Under the pieces are notes generated by a model. That model worked only from the letters and a program-made list of their open reading frames with translations. It was not told where the DNA came from and made no database searches. DNA of 64,000 nucleotides, taken from an uncultured Verrucomicrobiae bacterium (lineage in GTDB: Bacteria; Verrucomicrobiota; Verrucomicrobiia; Palsa-1439). The first letter of the stretch is position 1; every line of letters begins with the position of its first letter. The translations under genes were made by a program, and so were the position numbers. The DNA lies in contig CAWEWF010000006.1 in NCBI GenBank assembly GCA_963812605.1, positions 160,001-224,000 on the forward strand, given 5' to 3'. This document shows, piece by piece, positions 63,020 to 64,000 of this stretch.

Positions 63020-64000
63020 ATGAATCGCGGGCTCGAACAAATACGGTGGCTGCTCGTGCTTGTCGCCGGCTTGGCGTTGACGTCTTGCGGTCAGCGAGAA
63101 CAAGCCGCGCCCGCCGCTCCAACCGGCCACAAACTCCTCATGATGCACTACATGACCTGGTACACCACGCCCGCGATCAGCGGAGAATGGGGCGGTCATT
63201 GGACGGGTTATGAAACCAGGCATCACCCGGACCAAAACACCACGAACGGCTTGCCGGATATCTGGTCGAATTATCACCCGCTCATCGGCTTGTACGATTC
63301 ATCCGACCCGGACCTCCTGGAGTGTCACCTCCTGCAAATGAAGTTGGCGGGAATTGATGGGGTGATCCCGGACTGGTACGGGATTGGCGCGACGGCGGAC
63401 TACCCGACCATTCACAAGGCCACTCGCGCCCTGTTTGACGCCTGCGGAAAATTCGGGATGAAGTTCGCGGTTTGCTACGAAGATCGCTCGATCCAACTCA
63501 TGGTCGATCGGAATGAACTCCAGCGGGACCAGATCACCAACCACCTCGCCGAGACGATGCAGTGGTTGCAGAAGGAGTGGTTCACGAAACCGCAGTATCT
63601 CCAATACCGCGACCGGCCGCTGCTGCTGAACTTCGGGCCGATTTATCTCACCGATAGGGCCGTATGGGATGCCGCGTTCAAAACCATCCCGACCCGGCCG
63701 TCGTTCTACGCCCTGCATCATCTTTGGAAGAAAGCCGGGGGCGACGGCGGTTTCACGTGGATTCACTGGGACCCTTGGGAAGGCACGCCAACGGAAGCGA
63801 CGATCCGGGAACGGATCCGGGGGGTCTTCACGTATTTTTCCACGAACCGCGACGAGGTCATCGTCTCCGCCTACCCCGGCTTCGATGACGTCTATGCACA
63901 GCACCAACGGCCTCTCGATTATCGCGGCGGCAAGACGCTGCAGGAAACCCTGGAAGTGGGCATGGAAGGTCCGTGGCCCCTCATCCAGTTGGTCACCTGG
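63020..64000 (+). CDS. GH71/GH99-like glycoside hydrolase lipoprotein, runs off the window
   Basis: Translated by hand: lipobox LALTSC, MHYMTWY, YHPLIGLYDSSDP, MKLAGIDGVIPDWYG, VCYEDR; absent from the ORF track because no stop is reached. Confidence 0.88.
   Translation, partial: MNRGLEQIRWLLVLVAGLALTSCGQREQAAPAAPTGHKLLMMHYMTWYTTPAISGEWGGHWTGYETRHHPDQNTTNGLPDIWSNYHPLIGLYDSSDPDLLECHLLQMKLAGIDGVIPDWYGIGATADYPTIHKATRALFDACGKFGMKFAVCYEDRSIQLMVDRNELQRDQITNHLAETMQWLQKEWFTKPQYLQYRDRPLLLNFGPIYLTDRAVWDAAFKTIPTRPSFYALHHLWKKAGGDGGFTWIHWDPWEGTPTEATIRERIRGVFTYFSTNRDEVIVSAYPGFDDVYAQHQRPLDYRGGKTLQETLEVGMEGPWPLIQLVTW

Overview
High-GC bacterial DNA; protein families, PEP-CTERM and RFYR-type C-termini suggest Verrucomicrobiota (inference). 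Many single-base frameshifts, including in ordinary genes, look like sequencing errors, so split ORFs are joined where homology continues. Layout: (1) 1-6.9 kb, end of an integrative element (DarB-like methylase/SNF2 helicase with a nested TnpV-like ORF; tyrosine integrase) on the 5' side of tRNA-Pro(TGG), followed by a degenerate tRNA copy. (2) 7-35 kb, mostly housekeeping/metabolic genes, including a RelE-type TA pair, the CP-ATP-grasp/alpha-E/Anbu/transglutaminase operon, IOR-like oxidoreductase, ECF sigma pair and DEAD helicase, with REP clusters and two copies of a 122-123 bp spacing-conserved element. (3) 35.9-37.7 kb, lower-GC dual-OB + 2x DUF488 operon. (4) 40.2-45.8 kb, intact comM flanked by three partial comM copies that each bound a cargo gene. 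(5) 46-64 kb, probable alpha-1,3-glucan utilisation locus (2x GH87-like, GH65, beta-PGM, GH71/99-like, LacI) with six copies of the palindrome TTTACGTAAA; it has no transporter in view but includes a pilin-like protein, a PEP-CTERM protein and four copies of an unnamed ~200-aa domain. Best candidates for undescribed systems: the comM-fragment cassette array and this pilin-associated glycan regulon.
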